Source of the DNA: Diplonema japonicum
Lineage: Eukaryota > Protista > Euglenozoa: Diplonemea
DNA length: 64,000 bases
Reading direction: 5' to 3'
Assembly (NCBI GenBank): GCA_964019335.1
Contig: OZ025655.1
Location: 372,001 to 436,000, forward strand
Positions 10,087 through 21,819 of this stretch are shown in pieces (positions within the stretch are counted from its first letter, which is position 1; each line of letters begins with the position of its first letter). Under the pieces are notes generated by a model. The model did not search any database. It was not told the origin of the DNA and saw only the letters and a list, made by a program, of their open reading frames with translations. The position numbers and the translations under genes were made by a program.

Positions 10087-12765
10087 ATGCTCACTTCACA
10101 AAGGCAAGGGGGTACCATGATGCTAACACCCGCCCCGCCCGGCGGGAAGCAGAAAACCCCCGCGTATGCAATGGGGCGATGGACTACCAAGAATTTGAAA
10201 ATGGCTACGGACCACATCGCGGAGAAGCGAACGCCGAGCATTAAGAAAGCTGTGATGGATATCAGAGACCTGGATATACTGGTTGACGCAGAGGTGGGGC
10301 TGCGGGCGCTTGTAAGCTGCAACGAATGCAGGAGACGGTCGATGGTAGAGAGGATGTGGCTAGGGAGCGAAGGGACTGTAACAAGCCTTGAAGGAGTCCG
10401 CTGCAACGAAGTAAAGGAACGTGCCGAGACCATTCTAGGGGAAAAGGTGTCTATCGCAAGTATACTACGGGACTTCAGGGAGACCTGCTGGTTCCTGTTG
10501 CCGTCCTTTTTCACGGCTTATATCTACACGATACACAACCCTCTGCACACCGCACGGTCGCTCACAGAAGAGGATGAGATCTTGGCACGGACGAGGCTCT
10601 CCTCACGACACATCAGGAACTCTCTGAGGCAGCTTGAAGAAACAGAATCTGTCACCCGAACAAGCCTGTGCAACGCCTCCTACTTACTGTCTTGCAAAAT
10701 CCATCAACTCTGGACGGGGGCCACCTCTCGCGCACAGCTTGCTGATTGGAAGAGAATACAAGAAGCCGCTGCGGAAGACACTGCGAGCCTCTTGACTTCC
10801 AAACGCGAACGACGAGAACTGGAGGACGACGAGACCACAGAGCGCGACACTGTCGAGATCGATGGGTTTGCGAAGTACCCGACAATGCTCAGGCAGAAGG
10901 AGAGAGAGCACAGGGTCCTGACCATCTTTGACGTCCCCACGAGGGAAACACGGAACAGGCTGTACCACGAACAATACGAAGAAGGGGAGAGACGCCTACT
11001 GCGTCTTCGATACGAAGGACTGCTGAGGGCCAACACATGGTTCACAACTGCAAGGAGCACCGAGAAAGAGGAGTGGGGGGCAAGGTGCGAGGTACTGCAC
11101 GAAGCGGAGTCGTCAAGGCTGCACCTGTTCATGTTGTGCAACAAGAACTGGTTCGCCGTGCATACGCAGCTTGAAGCAATGGAACCCGAGAGGAGGGGCC
11201 TGGCGAGAAGGGAGGGCCTCGGGAGAAGGGAAGTGGAAGAAATAGAACGAACGAACGCCGATAGGCTGCTGACTGTGAAGATAAGATTCAAAGGTTTTAT
11301 CTCGAAGCTTGTGACGGCGAAAGAGGACCTCGAGACAGACGAAAAGTGGGGTCGAATGGCGATTTGCATCTCAGAAACCTCGTGCAGAGCCCTTGTGCAC
11401 AGGCAGAGGAAGCTGCACTCGTTCCAGATGGCGATACATTCGCAACTCTATTCGGTGTACGACACGGAGCTCTCAGAACGTGCAGCAATAGAACAAAGCG
11501 GGTACAACACGTACGCAGACCTGCTGTACGAGGCCCTTATCCTGCCCATGCTGGTTGAGGGAGAGGAGGGTGAGCGGCAAGGCATCGAAGAACGTCATGA
11601 GGAGTTTATGAAGACGAGCACCGAAGTTTTCTTCGACGAAATGGGCGTGTTCCAACATCAGGAGCGGCTTACAAAGTGTTTAGAAGATTATGAGAAGGTG
11701 TCCCGGGAGCAGCTTGAGGCATGGTGGGGGGTCCGCGGAGCGAACCTTGAAGAGGTCTCCCACGGGCTACGGAAAAAGTGGAATGGTGAATGGTGCACAG
11801 CAAACGCAAGCCAAGGCGCCACGTTGTATGAGACAGAAGCGGAACAAAGACTACGCATTGAGCTGGAGCACAGCAGTTTGATCAGTTCCCTCCATGGACA
11901 ACGCACTTGGCAAGAAGAGCATACTTTACGACTTGCCGCCTGCAACAGCGAAGCTTCCTCTCGCCATGCTATCTACCTTACCGCTTTGCAATCTGGGGAA
12001 ACATGGGACCGCCATGTCCTAACTGCCTACGAGGAAATGTACTCTGTCGAGTTCCCGTTCTGGGGCATCCTCCTTGCCGAGACCTTGCATAGGGACCTCT
12101 ACATGGCTGCTCAGAGGGCAGAATGGGACGCCACTACGACACCACTAGACCCACATGAGGACGTTACCCTTTCGGACTTCGGAAGGTTGCTGGAAACCGA
12201 AGGGGAACTGGACAACTTTGGCGGGCTGAGAATGCTGTTCAACATGAATGGGGAAAGCGAAGAAGAGGAGAAAGAAGACGTAGGCGAAGTCATGAAATCA
12301 CCTGTAGCGCTGCCTATGGACCTTGGTGACCAGTTAGAAGTGCTGGACATACAAAGGCTTGGGAGGGGTTTCCTGGATAGACGAAGTGTCCATGTCAGAA
12401 AGCTACGTCATATCACAACTGTCCAGGCTTGGTTCCGGTGCATGCTAGCCAAGCAAGTTGCCGTGAGAACAAGACAGGGCTTGAAGGAACGGAAAAGGAG
12501 CCCCTTCCCTCTACTAGCAGTACCGCATGCCGCACTGCTGGACGAAATTGAACCGCAAGACATAACTTCAGCCTCCTCTCCAGCGTCGCTTGCGTCGCTG
12601 CTTCTCCATTCTTACAGCCCGAACAAAGCCTCCCCAGCCTTGCTTCTCCCTTTCCATCATAAGTCTATTACCCGAAGGGAACAAACCAAACGCGATGGGG
12701 TCGAAATCCTCTACAAGCAAGCTCTTATCAAGTTGGAAGAGCTCTTCTGGAGTGAGTATCCTTAA
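10087..12765 (+). CDS. Large E/R-rich coiled-coil protein with IQ-like motifs (possibly flagellar); may splice to the next ORF
   Basis: Long ORF with repeated EExxR units; IQRLGRGFLDRR and VQAWFRCMLAKQ IQ-like motifs; GTGAGT donor just before the stop. Confidence 0.7.
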   Translation: MLTSQRQGGTMMLTPAPPGGKQKTPAYAMGRWTTKNLKMATDHIAEKRTPSIKKAVMDIRDLDILVDAEVGLRALVSCNECRRRSMVERMWLGSEGTVTSLEGVRCNEVKERAETILGEKVSIASILRDFRETCWFLLPSFFTAYIYTIHNPLHTARSLTEEDEILARTRLSSRHIRNSLRQLEETESVTRTSLCNASYLLSCKIHQLWTGATSRAQLADWKRIQEAAAEDTASLLTSKRERRELEDDETTERDTVEIDGFAKYPTMLRQKEREHRVLTIFDVPTRETRNRLYHEQYEEGERRLLRLRYEGLLRANTWFTTARSTEKEEWGARCEVLHEAESSRLHLFMLCNKNWFAVHTQLEAMEPERRGLARREGLGRREVEEIERTNADRLLTVKIRFKGFISKLVTAKEDLETDEKWGRMAICISETSCRALVHRQRKLHSFQMAIHSQLYSVYDTELSERAAIEQSGYNTYADLLYEALILPMLVEGEEGERQGIEERHEEFMKTSTEVFFDEMGVFQHQERLTKCLEDYEKVSREQLEAWWGVRGANLEEVSHGLRKKWNGEWCTANASQGATLYETEAEQRLRIELEHSSLISSLHGQRTWQEEHTLRLAACNSEASSRHAIYLTALQSGETWDRHVLTAYEEMYSVEFPFWGILLAETLHRDLYMAAQRAEWDATTTPLDPHEDVTLSDFGRLLETEGELDNFGGLRMLFNMNGESEEEEKEDVGEVMKSPVALPMDLGDQLEVLDIQRLGRGFLDRRSVHVRKLRHITTVQAWFRCMLAKQVAVRTRQGLKERKRSPFPLLAVPHAALLDEIEPQDITSASSPASLASLLLHSYSPNKASPALLLPFHHKSITRREQTKRDGVEILYKQALIKLEELFWSEYP

Positions 12766-12908
12766 TAGTTCTTTTCTAAGTACTACACACTTTTAGGTCA
12801 TAATTCTATAATAAGTTTTACTAGTCATAGTGATTTGCTTTTTCTCTGTTTCCTCAGGTCAGGAATATCAAAGAAACTATTAACAGGAGGAAACAAAAAT
12901 CTATATCT

Positions 12909-13919
12909 ATGACGTATCACTTCATATGCAAGAAGAGAGCTCTACAGAAAAGTAAGGAGTTAATCCTGCAAGAAGAGGAAGGGGAGAGGCAAAGGTTGAA
13001 GGATATGTTGGAAGGAGAGAAGACAGTCAAGGTGATACGGGGGAGAGCAAGAGGGATGATGAATCAGGAGTGGTTGCCGTTGGCAGAGCTGTGGTATGGA
13101 ACAGCACCAAAAAATCATCAGGATTTGTTCCGAAAGGTGCTGAGGGAGGTGCATGGTGCACTAGCACACCGTCATGAAATACTTGATCAGCTTGACACGA
13201 AATCGTATACAGCACTGGTGAACCCTGCGCAGATCACGAACTCGAGTGGAAAGTTCAGCAACCTAGCCTCTACGGTAGGTCAGAAATCCGCCTATACCCT
13301 TCGCCGTGCGCGAATGATGCTTAAACTTTACTTCAGCCCTATCCTCATCCCTGAGTACCTCGAGAGAGCTTTCTATTACTCAATGAACAACGGTGCAGAA
13401 GGGGAAGCAGCTTGTCGGATCATCTTCGGTGGAATCTACTCTTTGGCGGGTCTGCGGTTCTCTCATTACAAGCAAGCTTTCAACAGCAAACCGGACGCTG
13501 GGTCGGTCATCGCTACTGTTAGAGTGCAAGGGCTGAAATCAAGCCCCGTTGGGGTCTGTAAACAGTCGCAGAGAATCTTCAGACCCACCCAGCTCGCCCC
13601 GCCACCCCAGGCCGATAAGACCGAGCACTGGTGCACTGCCACATCAACCGTCCCTGCAGCTGCTCCCGTCTGGCGGTACGCGGCTGTCGATAAGCCATCC
13701 AACTGGAATACCACTACTCGTGAGCACTTCAAAGGCAAGAACCTCCCGTCTACCCCTGAGCCACCCCCCACAGCCACAGACTGGTTCTTCACTGCCAAGG
13801 ACCAGCCCACCGCTGAAGGGAAAATCACCGCCTCCTTTAGTGGGTGTGTGCCGCGGAGTCTCACCCCAGTCGCGTCTTTAACGCAGACCTTTACCAACAA
13901 GAACCTGAAGCTGCTTTAA
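12909..13919 (+). CDS. Hypothetical protein (or 3' exon of the upstream coiled-coil gene)
   Basis: 336-aa ORF, open upstream to a pyrimidine-rich CAG acceptor near 12857. Confidence 0.6.
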   Translation: MTYHFICKKRALQKSKELILQEEEGERQRLKDMLEGEKTVKVIRGRARGMMNQEWLPLAELWYGTAPKNHQDLFRKVLREVHGALAHRHEILDQLDTKSYTALVNPAQITNSSGKFSNLASTVGQKSAYTLRRARMMLKLYFSPILIPEYLERAFYYSMNNGAEGEAACRIIFGGIYSLAGLRFSHYKQAFNSKPDAGSVIATVRVQGLKSSPVGVCKQSQRIFRPTQLAPPPQADKTEHWCTATSTVPAAAPVWRYAAVDKPSNWNTTTREHFKGKNLPSTPEPPPTATDWFFTAKDQPTAEGKITASFSGCVPRSLTPVASLTQTFTNKNLKLL

Positions 13920-13991
13920 AACAAGAGCACTTCCGTGCCTGTCCGTAGCATACTAGCCTTCTCTTCAGCCAGAACTGCAACAGACAGCAAG

Positions 13992-15200
13992 ATGAAACGA
14001 ACAGCGGAAGAGGCGGTGCTGCTGCGGCACGGGGTGACACACCTGCTAAACTACGTGATACGAGTCGTGGTGAAGGGAAGGCACAAGGACCCTGTGGCTG
14101 AGATGGGGCGGATCCTGAAGGAAGGGGAGGTACGGATGGAGCCTGCAGAACTACTACGGTTTGTCCTGGATGTGGATAACAAGGAACTGGTGGATAGGGT
14201 TATGTCGGAGAGTGCCCCAGCTGAGGTAGACCCTCGGGGAAGTGCTTATTGGGAATACCACGAGGCTTGTGTAAAGTGTATTGAAAAACTGGGCATGCAG
14301 AACATTCATCTCACACGCAGTACATCACTTGGCAAGCTGTGCGGTATCCTCGCCCGGGCCAAACAAGATCTCCCGCTACTTACTCAGCCTTCTGCGGTTA
14401 AGATCATTTTCGATGTTGCCCCCCTTCTGCCAGGGTTTGAGGACTTCGTCTCCAAGCTCATCTCGCAGCTCTCATGGCTCTTCGACGGTACGCTATGGAC
14501 GTGGCAGGTCGTGCTTGTAGGCAACGATGAGCAGCTTGCCGTCGTCGAGCGGTGTATCCTGACAGAGGGCGGGCTTGTAGTGACATCGGGGTATAAGCTT
14601 TTCCCCTCGCATCAGGAAGGGTACTGGGTGTTCATGGATGGATCCTTAGAAGTACATCCTGCTGCTGTTGGAAGCCTACTGGCGGTGCTGCAAGATGATA
14701 GATCGATTGCGGGTGTGTTGGGGTGCGAAAAGGTGGGCCCGAAGGGTGCAGTTGTGAATACGAGTCTGGAGGACAGCATGGCTGGTACTCTGTTGAAGGG
14801 CTTGTGCTCGTCGCAGCTCTTGGATAACATGGGGTGCCTCTGGTCGAGGATGGCCGTCTTCCGAGAGTCTTCACTCACCCTTTTCAGCACCCCGTTGCTG
14901 TACCACACGTCCCTGCATCTAGAGCTTACTCCACGCCTTCTCAACACTCTCGACCGACTAGGTGAGCGTAAGAAGACTTCTCCTGTTGTATACCACGAAG
15001 TGCCTCACCTTATGCTCCCTGCGCCACCTCCCGTTCCTGACATTTCCGTTACCACCTGGACACAGATCGCTAACGCGGTGGCTTCTGAACTTTCTCGTAA
15101 AACCCCCACATCTTCCAAGTGGCACCACATCTGCACCAACGAAGCAAAACTTAAAGCGTTCAAGGACCAGTTTTACCGAGACGGGAAGTACGTGGACTGA
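13992..15200 (+). CDS. Hypothetical protein: Dpy-30/RIIa-like N-terminal helix pair plus degenerate GT-A-like region
   Basis: LLRHGVTHLLNYVIRVVVKGRHKDPVAEMGRIL; YWVFMDGSLEVHP resembles the DxD strand of GT2 enzymes. Confidence 0.55.
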   Translation: MKRTAEEAVLLRHGVTHLLNYVIRVVVKGRHKDPVAEMGRILKEGEVRMEPAELLRFVLDVDNKELVDRVMSESAPAEVDPRGSAYWEYHEACVKCIEKLGMQNIHLTRSTSLGKLCGILARAKQDLPLLTQPSAVKIIFDVAPLLPGFEDFVSKLISQLSWLFDGTLWTWQVVLVGNDEQLAVVERCILTEGGLVVTSGYKLFPSHQEGYWVFMDGSLEVHPAAVGSLLAVLQDDRSIAGVLGCEKVGPKGAVVNTSLEDSMAGTLLKGLCSSQLLDNMGCLWSRMAVFRESSLTLFSTPLLYHTSLHLELTPRLLNTLDRLGERKKTSPVVYHEVPHLMLPAPPPVPDISVTTWTQIANAVASELSRKTPTSSKWHHICTNEAKLKAFKDQFYRDGKYVD

Positions 15201-15345
15201 CGGTCTTCCGACTGCACCACTACCGTATGTTTTTTTTACAGGGTGCCACCAACACTGGCCTCCTTTATCTCTTATATTTTTATTTCTTTTTAATTCTTTA
15301 TTTATCAATTTTTATTTGTCGAACAAGAAGCACCATAACAGTGAG

Positions 15346-16743
15346 ATGCTCACGCTTCTATGTTACTTATTGGCTGCTCCTGCAGTCTTGCTTCTGCTCT
15401 ATGCAGTGCAGCAGAAGAGCACGTCTGGCAAGGGGCGTGCTGCTGTTGTGGTGATCGGTGATTACGGGAGGAGCCCAAGGATGCAGTACCACACTGTGTC
15501 GCTTGGCAAGATGTGCAAAGAGGTATTTGTAGTAGGCATGAAGGGGAGCAACCCGTGCGAGGACGTCAAGAATGCAACAAATATTAACCTGACGCTGCTG
15601 ATGGGCGAGCCCAAGGTGCCGCAGGGCATGCCGTGGGTGGTACGCACAGCTCTCCGTCTCACCATTCAGCTTCTGCGCATCCCGTACATCATGTTCTGGA
15701 AGCTCCCGAAATGTGGCGTTGTTGTTCTGCAGAACCCCCCTGCTGTCCCTATTTTGCCCATTGCGGTGCTGGCGTGCAAGCTGAGAGGGATGAAGCTTGT
15801 GGTAGACTGGCACAACCTGGGGTATACCCTTATGGAGATGGATAACAGGCCGAAGCCGGCAATCAAAGCATACAAGTTTGTGGAGAGGTGGTTTGGGAAG
15901 CAGGGGAACCACCACCTGTGTGTGTGCAAGTCGCTGCAGGGTTTCCTCGAAGGGGAGTGGGGAATGTTCAAGGTTACGGAGGGCATGAGCTCCATAATGT
16001 ACGACCATGCACCGGCCTTCTTTACCAGAGAAGGGCCTGGTAGATGGCGCACGCTTGTAGACAAGGGTCTGGGGGAAATCATTAGAGACAAAGATGTTCT
16101 GGACAGCTTTGTACAAGATGGGAAATGGAAGAGTGACAGACCGGCACTGCTTGTGACTGGGACATCGTGGACCGTGGATGAGGATGTTGGGATGCTGATA
16201 CAGGCGTTGGCGAAGGTTGACGGAAAGCTAGGAGAGAATGGGCTGCCATCGAAACTCGTGATGGTGATCACTGGGAAGGGAGGGGCGTTGAAGGAGCAGA
16301 GGGAAAGGGAGATAGCTGAGCTGGGCCTGAAGAACGTGTTCATTTACACAGGGTTCTTGAAGTCCATCGGTGACTACGCCAGTATGCTTGGCGTAGCGGA
16401 TCTCGGGATCTCCCTCCACAATTCAAGCAGCGGGTATGATCTTCCGATGAAGGTTGTGGACATGTTTGGGACCTCCCTCCCTGTCCTTGCCTTGGGCTTC
16501 CCTACCTTGGCCGAGCTTGTGACCCCTTCCACAGGCACCACCTTTCAAACACTTCCCGACCTCACCGCCTCTCTTGTTGACCTTCTCACCTCCTGGTCCG
16601 TCGATCCCTCCGACCGCGTTGCAGCCACTCCTCTCCTCCAACGCTACCGTCAGCACCTCATTGACAACCCCCATGGCTCGTGGGATGCCGAGTGGAATGC
16701 AAAAACGAAGCCCGTCGTCGAGAACTTCATGCGAAACGTGTGA
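15346..16743 (+). CDS. ALG1: Chitobiosyldiphosphodolichol beta-1,4-mannosyltransferase
   Basis: VVVIGDYGRSPRMQYH, LQNPPAVP, VDWHNLGY, TSWTVDED, ITGKG, LGISLHNSSSGYDLPMKVVDMFG; N-terminal TM anchor. Confidence 0.95.
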   Translation: MLTLLCYLLAAPAVLLLLYAVQQKSTSGKGRAAVVVIGDYGRSPRMQYHTVSLGKMCKEVFVVGMKGSNPCEDVKNATNINLTLLMGEPKVPQGMPWVVRTALRLTIQLLRIPYIMFWKLPKCGVVVLQNPPAVPILPIAVLACKLRGMKLVVDWHNLGYTLMEMDNRPKPAIKAYKFVERWFGKQGNHHLCVCKSLQGFLEGEWGMFKVTEGMSSIMYDHAPAFFTREGPGRWRTLVDKGLGEIIRDKDVLDSFVQDGKWKSDRPALLVTGTSWTVDEDVGMLIQALAKVDGKLGENGLPSKLVMVITGKGGALKEQREREIAELGLKNVFIYTGFLKSIGDYASMLGVADLGISLHNSSSGYDLPMKVVDMFGTSLPVLALGFPTLAELVTPSTGTTFQTLPDLTASLVDLLTSWSVDPSDRVAATPLLQRYRQHLIDNPHGSWDAEWNAKTKPVVENFMRNV

Positions 16744-16951
16744 AGAAATAAATAAGAGAAAGAAGGTGAACATAAGAAAGAAAACAGTTTCAGTGTTACA
16801 GAAAGGAAGCAAGTGTGCTGCGCATTGATCTATGAACAGGAATTACCCAAGCTTCGGCTGAACAGCTTTAAAGTAGGGGAGGAAAAATACGAAAAGTAAG
16901 CATACTGTTATTAGATTTTTCTTTTCTCATGCACGCACACTACAGGCCATA

Positions 16952-18088
16952 ATGCAAGTCTACGCACGCACACTGGACGGCGCCATGTGGCCTGTCGAGG
17001 TGGACCAGTTCATGTCGATGGGTGACTTGAAGGAAGAGGTGATGAAGGTGACTGGTGTGCCGAGGATGGTGCAGCAGCTGACGGTGTCCGGGTGCAGCAT
17101 CGGCGACGACGAAGGAGTGGGTGTGTCGAGCGTCGGAGTGAGCGCAGACGAAGTGCTAGATGTGGGCCTGACAAACCAGGGGGCGGCGAAGCTAGCTCTG
17201 CTTGACATGGGGGTCACGATGGACGGGGACACATTGGTGCGAGCAGCAATCATGGGGGAACGCTGGGTGGTAAGATCCCTACTTGAAGCAGGTGTCTCAC
17301 CTGATCATCAACACCAATACGGAAAGGAAACCGCTTTGACGGGAGCCTGCCTAAAAGGTCACTATGACATAGCAATGAGCTTGCTGGAGAAGGGCGCAAA
17401 CCCAAACCTCGCTGATTCGTTCGAACAAACCCCGCTTCACTGCACAGCGAAAGGTGCCATCGACGCAGGTATCGCATCTATGTTGCTGACCTACGGCGCG
17501 TCGGCGAATAAGAAGAACCAGAAGGGGATGACACCGCTGATGCTCGCCATTGCTGAGGGGAGGTACTCTGTGGTGGAAAAGCTTCTTGCTGCGACTAATC
17601 TATCCGCACACGACAAGCGGGGCCTCACGGCGCTGATGTACGCGGCTGCGTCAAATCTCGCTGAAATCCACAAATACATCGAGCCGCTGATCCAGCTAGG
17701 CAGCCCTATCAACGCAGTAGACACCATGGGACAGACAGCCCTTTTCCACTGTGTCAACAAGCCTGAGGTCCAAGACATCCTTGTGAAGCATGGTAGCGAC
17801 CTCTATGTCAATGATATATGCAACAGATCTCTGTACTATCTTGCCGCTGCTCGTGGGGACACTGGGCTCGTGAAGCTCCTGCTGCGGCACTCCGTCCCTG
17901 TTATGCAGTCCCCGCAACGTACTCCTTTGGAAGGCTCCCCATTGATCGTCTCCCTGTCATCACGAAACTTCGAGGCTGCAAGGCTTCTTGCCCCCCACTG
18001 CGATCCCCACGCGACGAACGAGGAGGGCAAGACCGCCTTCGAATTCTGCAGCAAGCAGGACGCACTGTTCCTTGGTTTGAAACCCTGA
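16952..18088 (+). CDS. Ubiquitin-like domain plus ankyrin repeat protein
   Basis: MQVYARTLDG...LKEEV...GVP..QQL Ubl fold, then several GxTPL/TAL ankyrin repeats. Confidence 0.85.
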   Translation: MQVYARTLDGAMWPVEVDQFMSMGDLKEEVMKVTGVPRMVQQLTVSGCSIGDDEGVGVSSVGVSADEVLDVGLTNQGAAKLALLDMGVTMDGDTLVRAAIMGERWVVRSLLEAGVSPDHQHQYGKETALTGACLKGHYDIAMSLLEKGANPNLADSFEQTPLHCTAKGAIDAGIASMLLTYGASANKKNQKGMTPLMLAIAEGRYSVVEKLLAATNLSAHDKRGLTALMYAAASNLAEIHKYIEPLIQLGSPINAVDTMGQTALFHCVNKPEVQDILVKHGSDLYVNDICNRSLYYLAAARGDTGLVKLLLRHSVPVMQSPQRTPLEGSPLIVSLSSRNFEAARLLAPHCDPHATNEEGKTAFEFCSKQDALFLGLKP

Positions 18089-18512
18089 GAAGAAGACGCG
18101 GAGGGAAAAAAAACCTCCCTCCCGTTTTTCCCGGATTCTTATCCAGGAGGAATACGAGGTAATAATGTAAATGAACGCTTGGAAAAAGAAGCCACGTTTT
18201 CGACGTGGTGGTTTTCTCTCATCTTTTTCCTTCTTCCTTTTCTTATTAGGCGCAAAGGGGGTGAGGGAAGGGGTTCGAAGAACAAAAGCAACGACAGAGG
18301 GAAAAAGGGGGGTGAGTTCAGTCCTTTCTCTTTATCCCCCTCCCCCATTAGATACTCCTCCATTATTATTTATATTTTCTTTTCGGTGAACATCCCCGCT
18401 GAAATTTTATCGATTTTTTTTCTTGTTTTCCACTCTTTTCCCTCTGTTTTCTTTTTTTTGAACGTCAATGAGGCAATCGTTCTTAACTTGAGATAACCAC
18501 AGGGAAGTCCAC

Positions 18513-21500
18513 ATGCAGCTGTGGGTGGGTGTACTATCGTGCCTAGTGGTAGGAGGGAAGGCTCTTGTTACAGAGTACTCGGGAGGGTGCGTGGCCGTGC
18601 AAGGACAGTCACCTGTGTGGTTGATGAAAATGGGGTGCACTATAGGTGGGATCGGGAGCTTCAACATGGGTCCCTACACCTGCCCTGCACCCGAGATGAC
18701 ATACAAACAAGAGTGTGACACCTCCATAACGCTGGGCGACTGTTACATCAAAACAGCGAGTTGCAAGCAGACACAAGGTGAGACCAACGATGTCCTCGCC
18801 TCCTTCGTGATCGACTGCGGGCAGGACGCGCTCATGTGGACCCGCCTCGTGACTTGCGGTGTCGGGAAGGCCAAGCCTGAATCGAAATGTTGTCCTGCTT
18901 CAAAGCCCCTGGCACCGCCCCCTCTGCCCGCCCAGACGCTCTACTCTACCTGTGAACCCATCAAAGGCAAAACCTTCGAAACCATGTCCCTCCTCACCGT
19001 CACTTGCCCTGCCAACACGGTCCTCTCCAGCTTCAGGCTGACGGGCGGCTGTGCAGTAGGAGAAATGCGATACATCTATGTTTGCATCTACCCCCACGGT
19101 GCAACCTCTGCCCCTGCAACCGTAGCTCCGCCAACTGCTACTCCTACCCTTTCGCCACCTACCGCGGTGCCACCAACAGGTGCGCCTCCGACAGTAGCAC
19201 CACCAACTATCGCTCCTCCTACTGTATCCCCCCCGACAGTTACACCTACTACCGTGCCACTTACCATCGCTCCTCCTACTGTATCCCCCCCTACAGTTGC
19301 GCCCCCGACAGGTGCACCCCCTACAGTTGCACCCCCAACAGCTGTGCCTCTTACTATCGCTCCTCCTACTGCATCCCCTCCTACAGTTGCGCCCCTTACA
19401 GCTGTGCCCCCAACTGTCGCTCCTCTTACCGCTGCGCCTGATACTTCTGCCCCACCAACGAAAGCACCGCCAACTGCAGCTCCTCTTACCGCTGCTCCTG
19501 ATACATCGGCGCCACCCACCGCAGCTCCTCTTACTGCAGCCCCCCCCACAGTTGCACCTCCCACTGCCGTACCCCAGACCATTTCACCCCCGACAATAGC
19601 ACCACCAACTGCGGTTCCACTTACTAAAGCACCAGTGACTGCAGTGCCCCCTACCCCTGCTCCAGCAACGGTGTCCCCTCCTACCGCAGCCCCCCGAACC
19701 ACTGCGCCTGTCACTCCTGCTCCGCTGACAAGATCGCCCCCTACATCTACACCTTCCTCCGTGGCTCCACCCACCCTTATTCCACCAACAGCCGAACCTC
19801 GAACTGCAGTACCTGCTACTGCAGCACCCCCCACGTCATTTCCTTCCACTGCTGTGCCTTCTACCAGCGCACCCCATACCAGAGCCCCCCCAACGGTCAC
19901 AGTGGCACCACCGACGGCAATTCCTCTGGTTCCAACTCCTGTTCCCATCTCCACTTCTGCACCAGCTACAGCAGCACCAACACTGCTCCCCGCCCCCTCT
20001 CTTCCCCTTGAACGCAGCGTAACAGAGACGCTGATTGTGGAACACAAAGGTTTCACAGGTACGACGAAAAAAGCCTACACGTCATTCAAGAAAACGGAAG
20101 AAGTTGCCGCTGTCGGATCCGTAGCAGTGGTGGTGGGCAGCGCATCTGGGGGACCTTCAGCCAGCAAGCTTGCTGCGATTGGCATGGCTCTAGACTGCAT
20201 GGGGGATCAGGACCATGGGGACGGTTTGCACGACGAAGAGGACCTGCCATGGCTGATACACCCAACGGGGATCAGGATACAGGGGTCGCCTCATGCAGGG
20301 GCGATCGTGGGGAATACGTTGCTGGGCATAGCATCAGGGTTGCTGTTTACATGCTTGACGGGAGGGACGTTGAAGTGGGCAGTGGGATGGGCAGGTGCCG
20401 CAAGGATGTGGCGGCACCCGTCGGTGATGGGGTTAGTTCCAATGTTTCTGTTCCCTGGCACCTTGCAATGCATAGTGGAGCTGTTGTTCTACCCGCGCAA
20501 CGTGTCCATCACACTGCTGGCCGTCGTAGGTCTCGCACCATGTGCGGCCTTTATCTACGCCCTGTGGTACATTGGGAAAGAGTCATGTTTCAATTCGACA
20601 TGCGTGCCAACGGAAACTGGAAAATGGCAGAAATACTTCCTCGGATCCGCAGTGTGGCAGTCTAAAGAAGGCACTGACCACACCGAGAGACTGGGGCTCT
20701 TCTTCGATGTGTACTCCGACGAGCAAGATTACCCTGCCCTACAAAGGGGCAGGTACATCCTGATAGAAGTCGGGCACCTCATACCCCTTATAATAGGTAG
20801 CGTGGTCCGTGCGGGCACCCACAAGACATGCGCATTGAAGTCCTTCGGTCTTGGCGGGGTGATGATGGTGTATCTGGCGACAGCCATGGTGTACCGCCCT
20901 TTCTTGGCACCATTCATGAACCAGCTTGTGATCTGGATGGCAGCTCTGCCTTGCGCGGGGTTGATGTTTGTTGGGATTGGGTTTTGGACAGGTGAGGACT
21001 CCCATGCGTGCTTAACTATGGGCATCATGTTGCTCAATGCAGCCATGTTTCTAGCTATGGTGCGCACTGTCTATGAATTGGTGACGTGGCTGATGGACAT
21101 GCGCAGTGGCAGTGGTTCCAACAATACAGAGATTGAGATGGATCGTCTCAATGTGTCCAATATCGACCTTAATGCATCGAACATGGACTACAGCGTGTTG
21201 GGGAGCAGTACGGTGCTCCCCCCTTCGCGTAAGCACTCCTATGAAATACCTGGCATCCGCTTGGAGGAGGAGACTAGTGCAGAATCCGAAATCTCTTCTG
21301 CAAGTGGAGAGGAAATGTTGTTCGTCTCACACGAACGGGACACATCGATCGTCCTCTCAGCTTCTCTGCCTCGCTCGCGAAGCAGGTTCCTTGAACGCCG
21401 TGCCACCCATAGCCATCACAACCTATCCTCTGCCTCGCCTGAGTCTTTATCTTCCTTCCCGTACGGTTCACCCGTCCCCCTCCCTCGGGCGCACTCTGTG

Positions 21501-21591
21501 AGACCTAAACGTTTCGTGGCCGGATCCAAGTCAGTTTCACCGCCTGCCGGAAGCAGCTGGATATCAGAAGGAGGCCGCGGGATAAGGAGAA
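18513..21591 (+). CDS. Surface mucin-like protein: signal peptide, Cys-rich head, Pro/Thr/Ala stalk, multi-pass TM domain, Ser-rich tail (3' end in gap)
   Basis: Signal peptide; many TxAPP repeats; LIHPTG/GAIVGNTLL followed by about 7-8 hydrophobic segments; ORF enters the N gap at 21592. Confidence 0.85.
19108..19990 (+). repeat. Degenerate 15-nt coding tandem repeat (TxAPP pentapeptides)
   Basis: TVAPP/TIAPP/TAVPP/TAAPL units in translation. Confidence 0.85.
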
Positions 21592-21791
21592 NNNNNNNNN
21601 NNNNNNNNNNNNNNNNNNNNNNNNNNNNNNNNNNNNNNNNNNNNNNNNNNNNNNNNNNNNNNNNNNNNNNNNNNNNNNNNNNNNNNNNNNNNNNNNNNNN
21701 NNNNNNNNNNNNNNNNNNNNNNNNNNNNNNNNNNNNNNNNNNNNNNNNNNNNNNNNNNNNNNNNNNNNNNNNNNNNNNNNNNNNNNNNNNN
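21592..21791. other. Assembly gap (200 N)
   Basis: Run of N. Confidence 1.
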
Positions 21792-21819
21792 AGGGAGAAG
21801 GGGAAAAAAAAAAAAAAAA

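Noticed and set aside
12750-12860. Exact splice joining the 908-aa and 336-aa ORFs
   Set aside because: The obvious donor (phase 1) and acceptor (phase 0) are incompatible; cannot be resolved without transcripts.
14962-15345. N-terminal extension of ALG1 in the ORF track
   Set aside because: It overlaps the previous gene and spacer; the ALG1 TM anchor starts at ATG 15346, just after a CAG acceptor.
19108-19990. CRISPR-like array
   Set aside because: Degenerate coding repeat in a eukaryotic gene, with no spacers or cas genes.
19088-20056. 322-aa Gly/Val/Ala antisense ORF and other long antisense ORFs
   Set aside because: Mirror frames of real genes.
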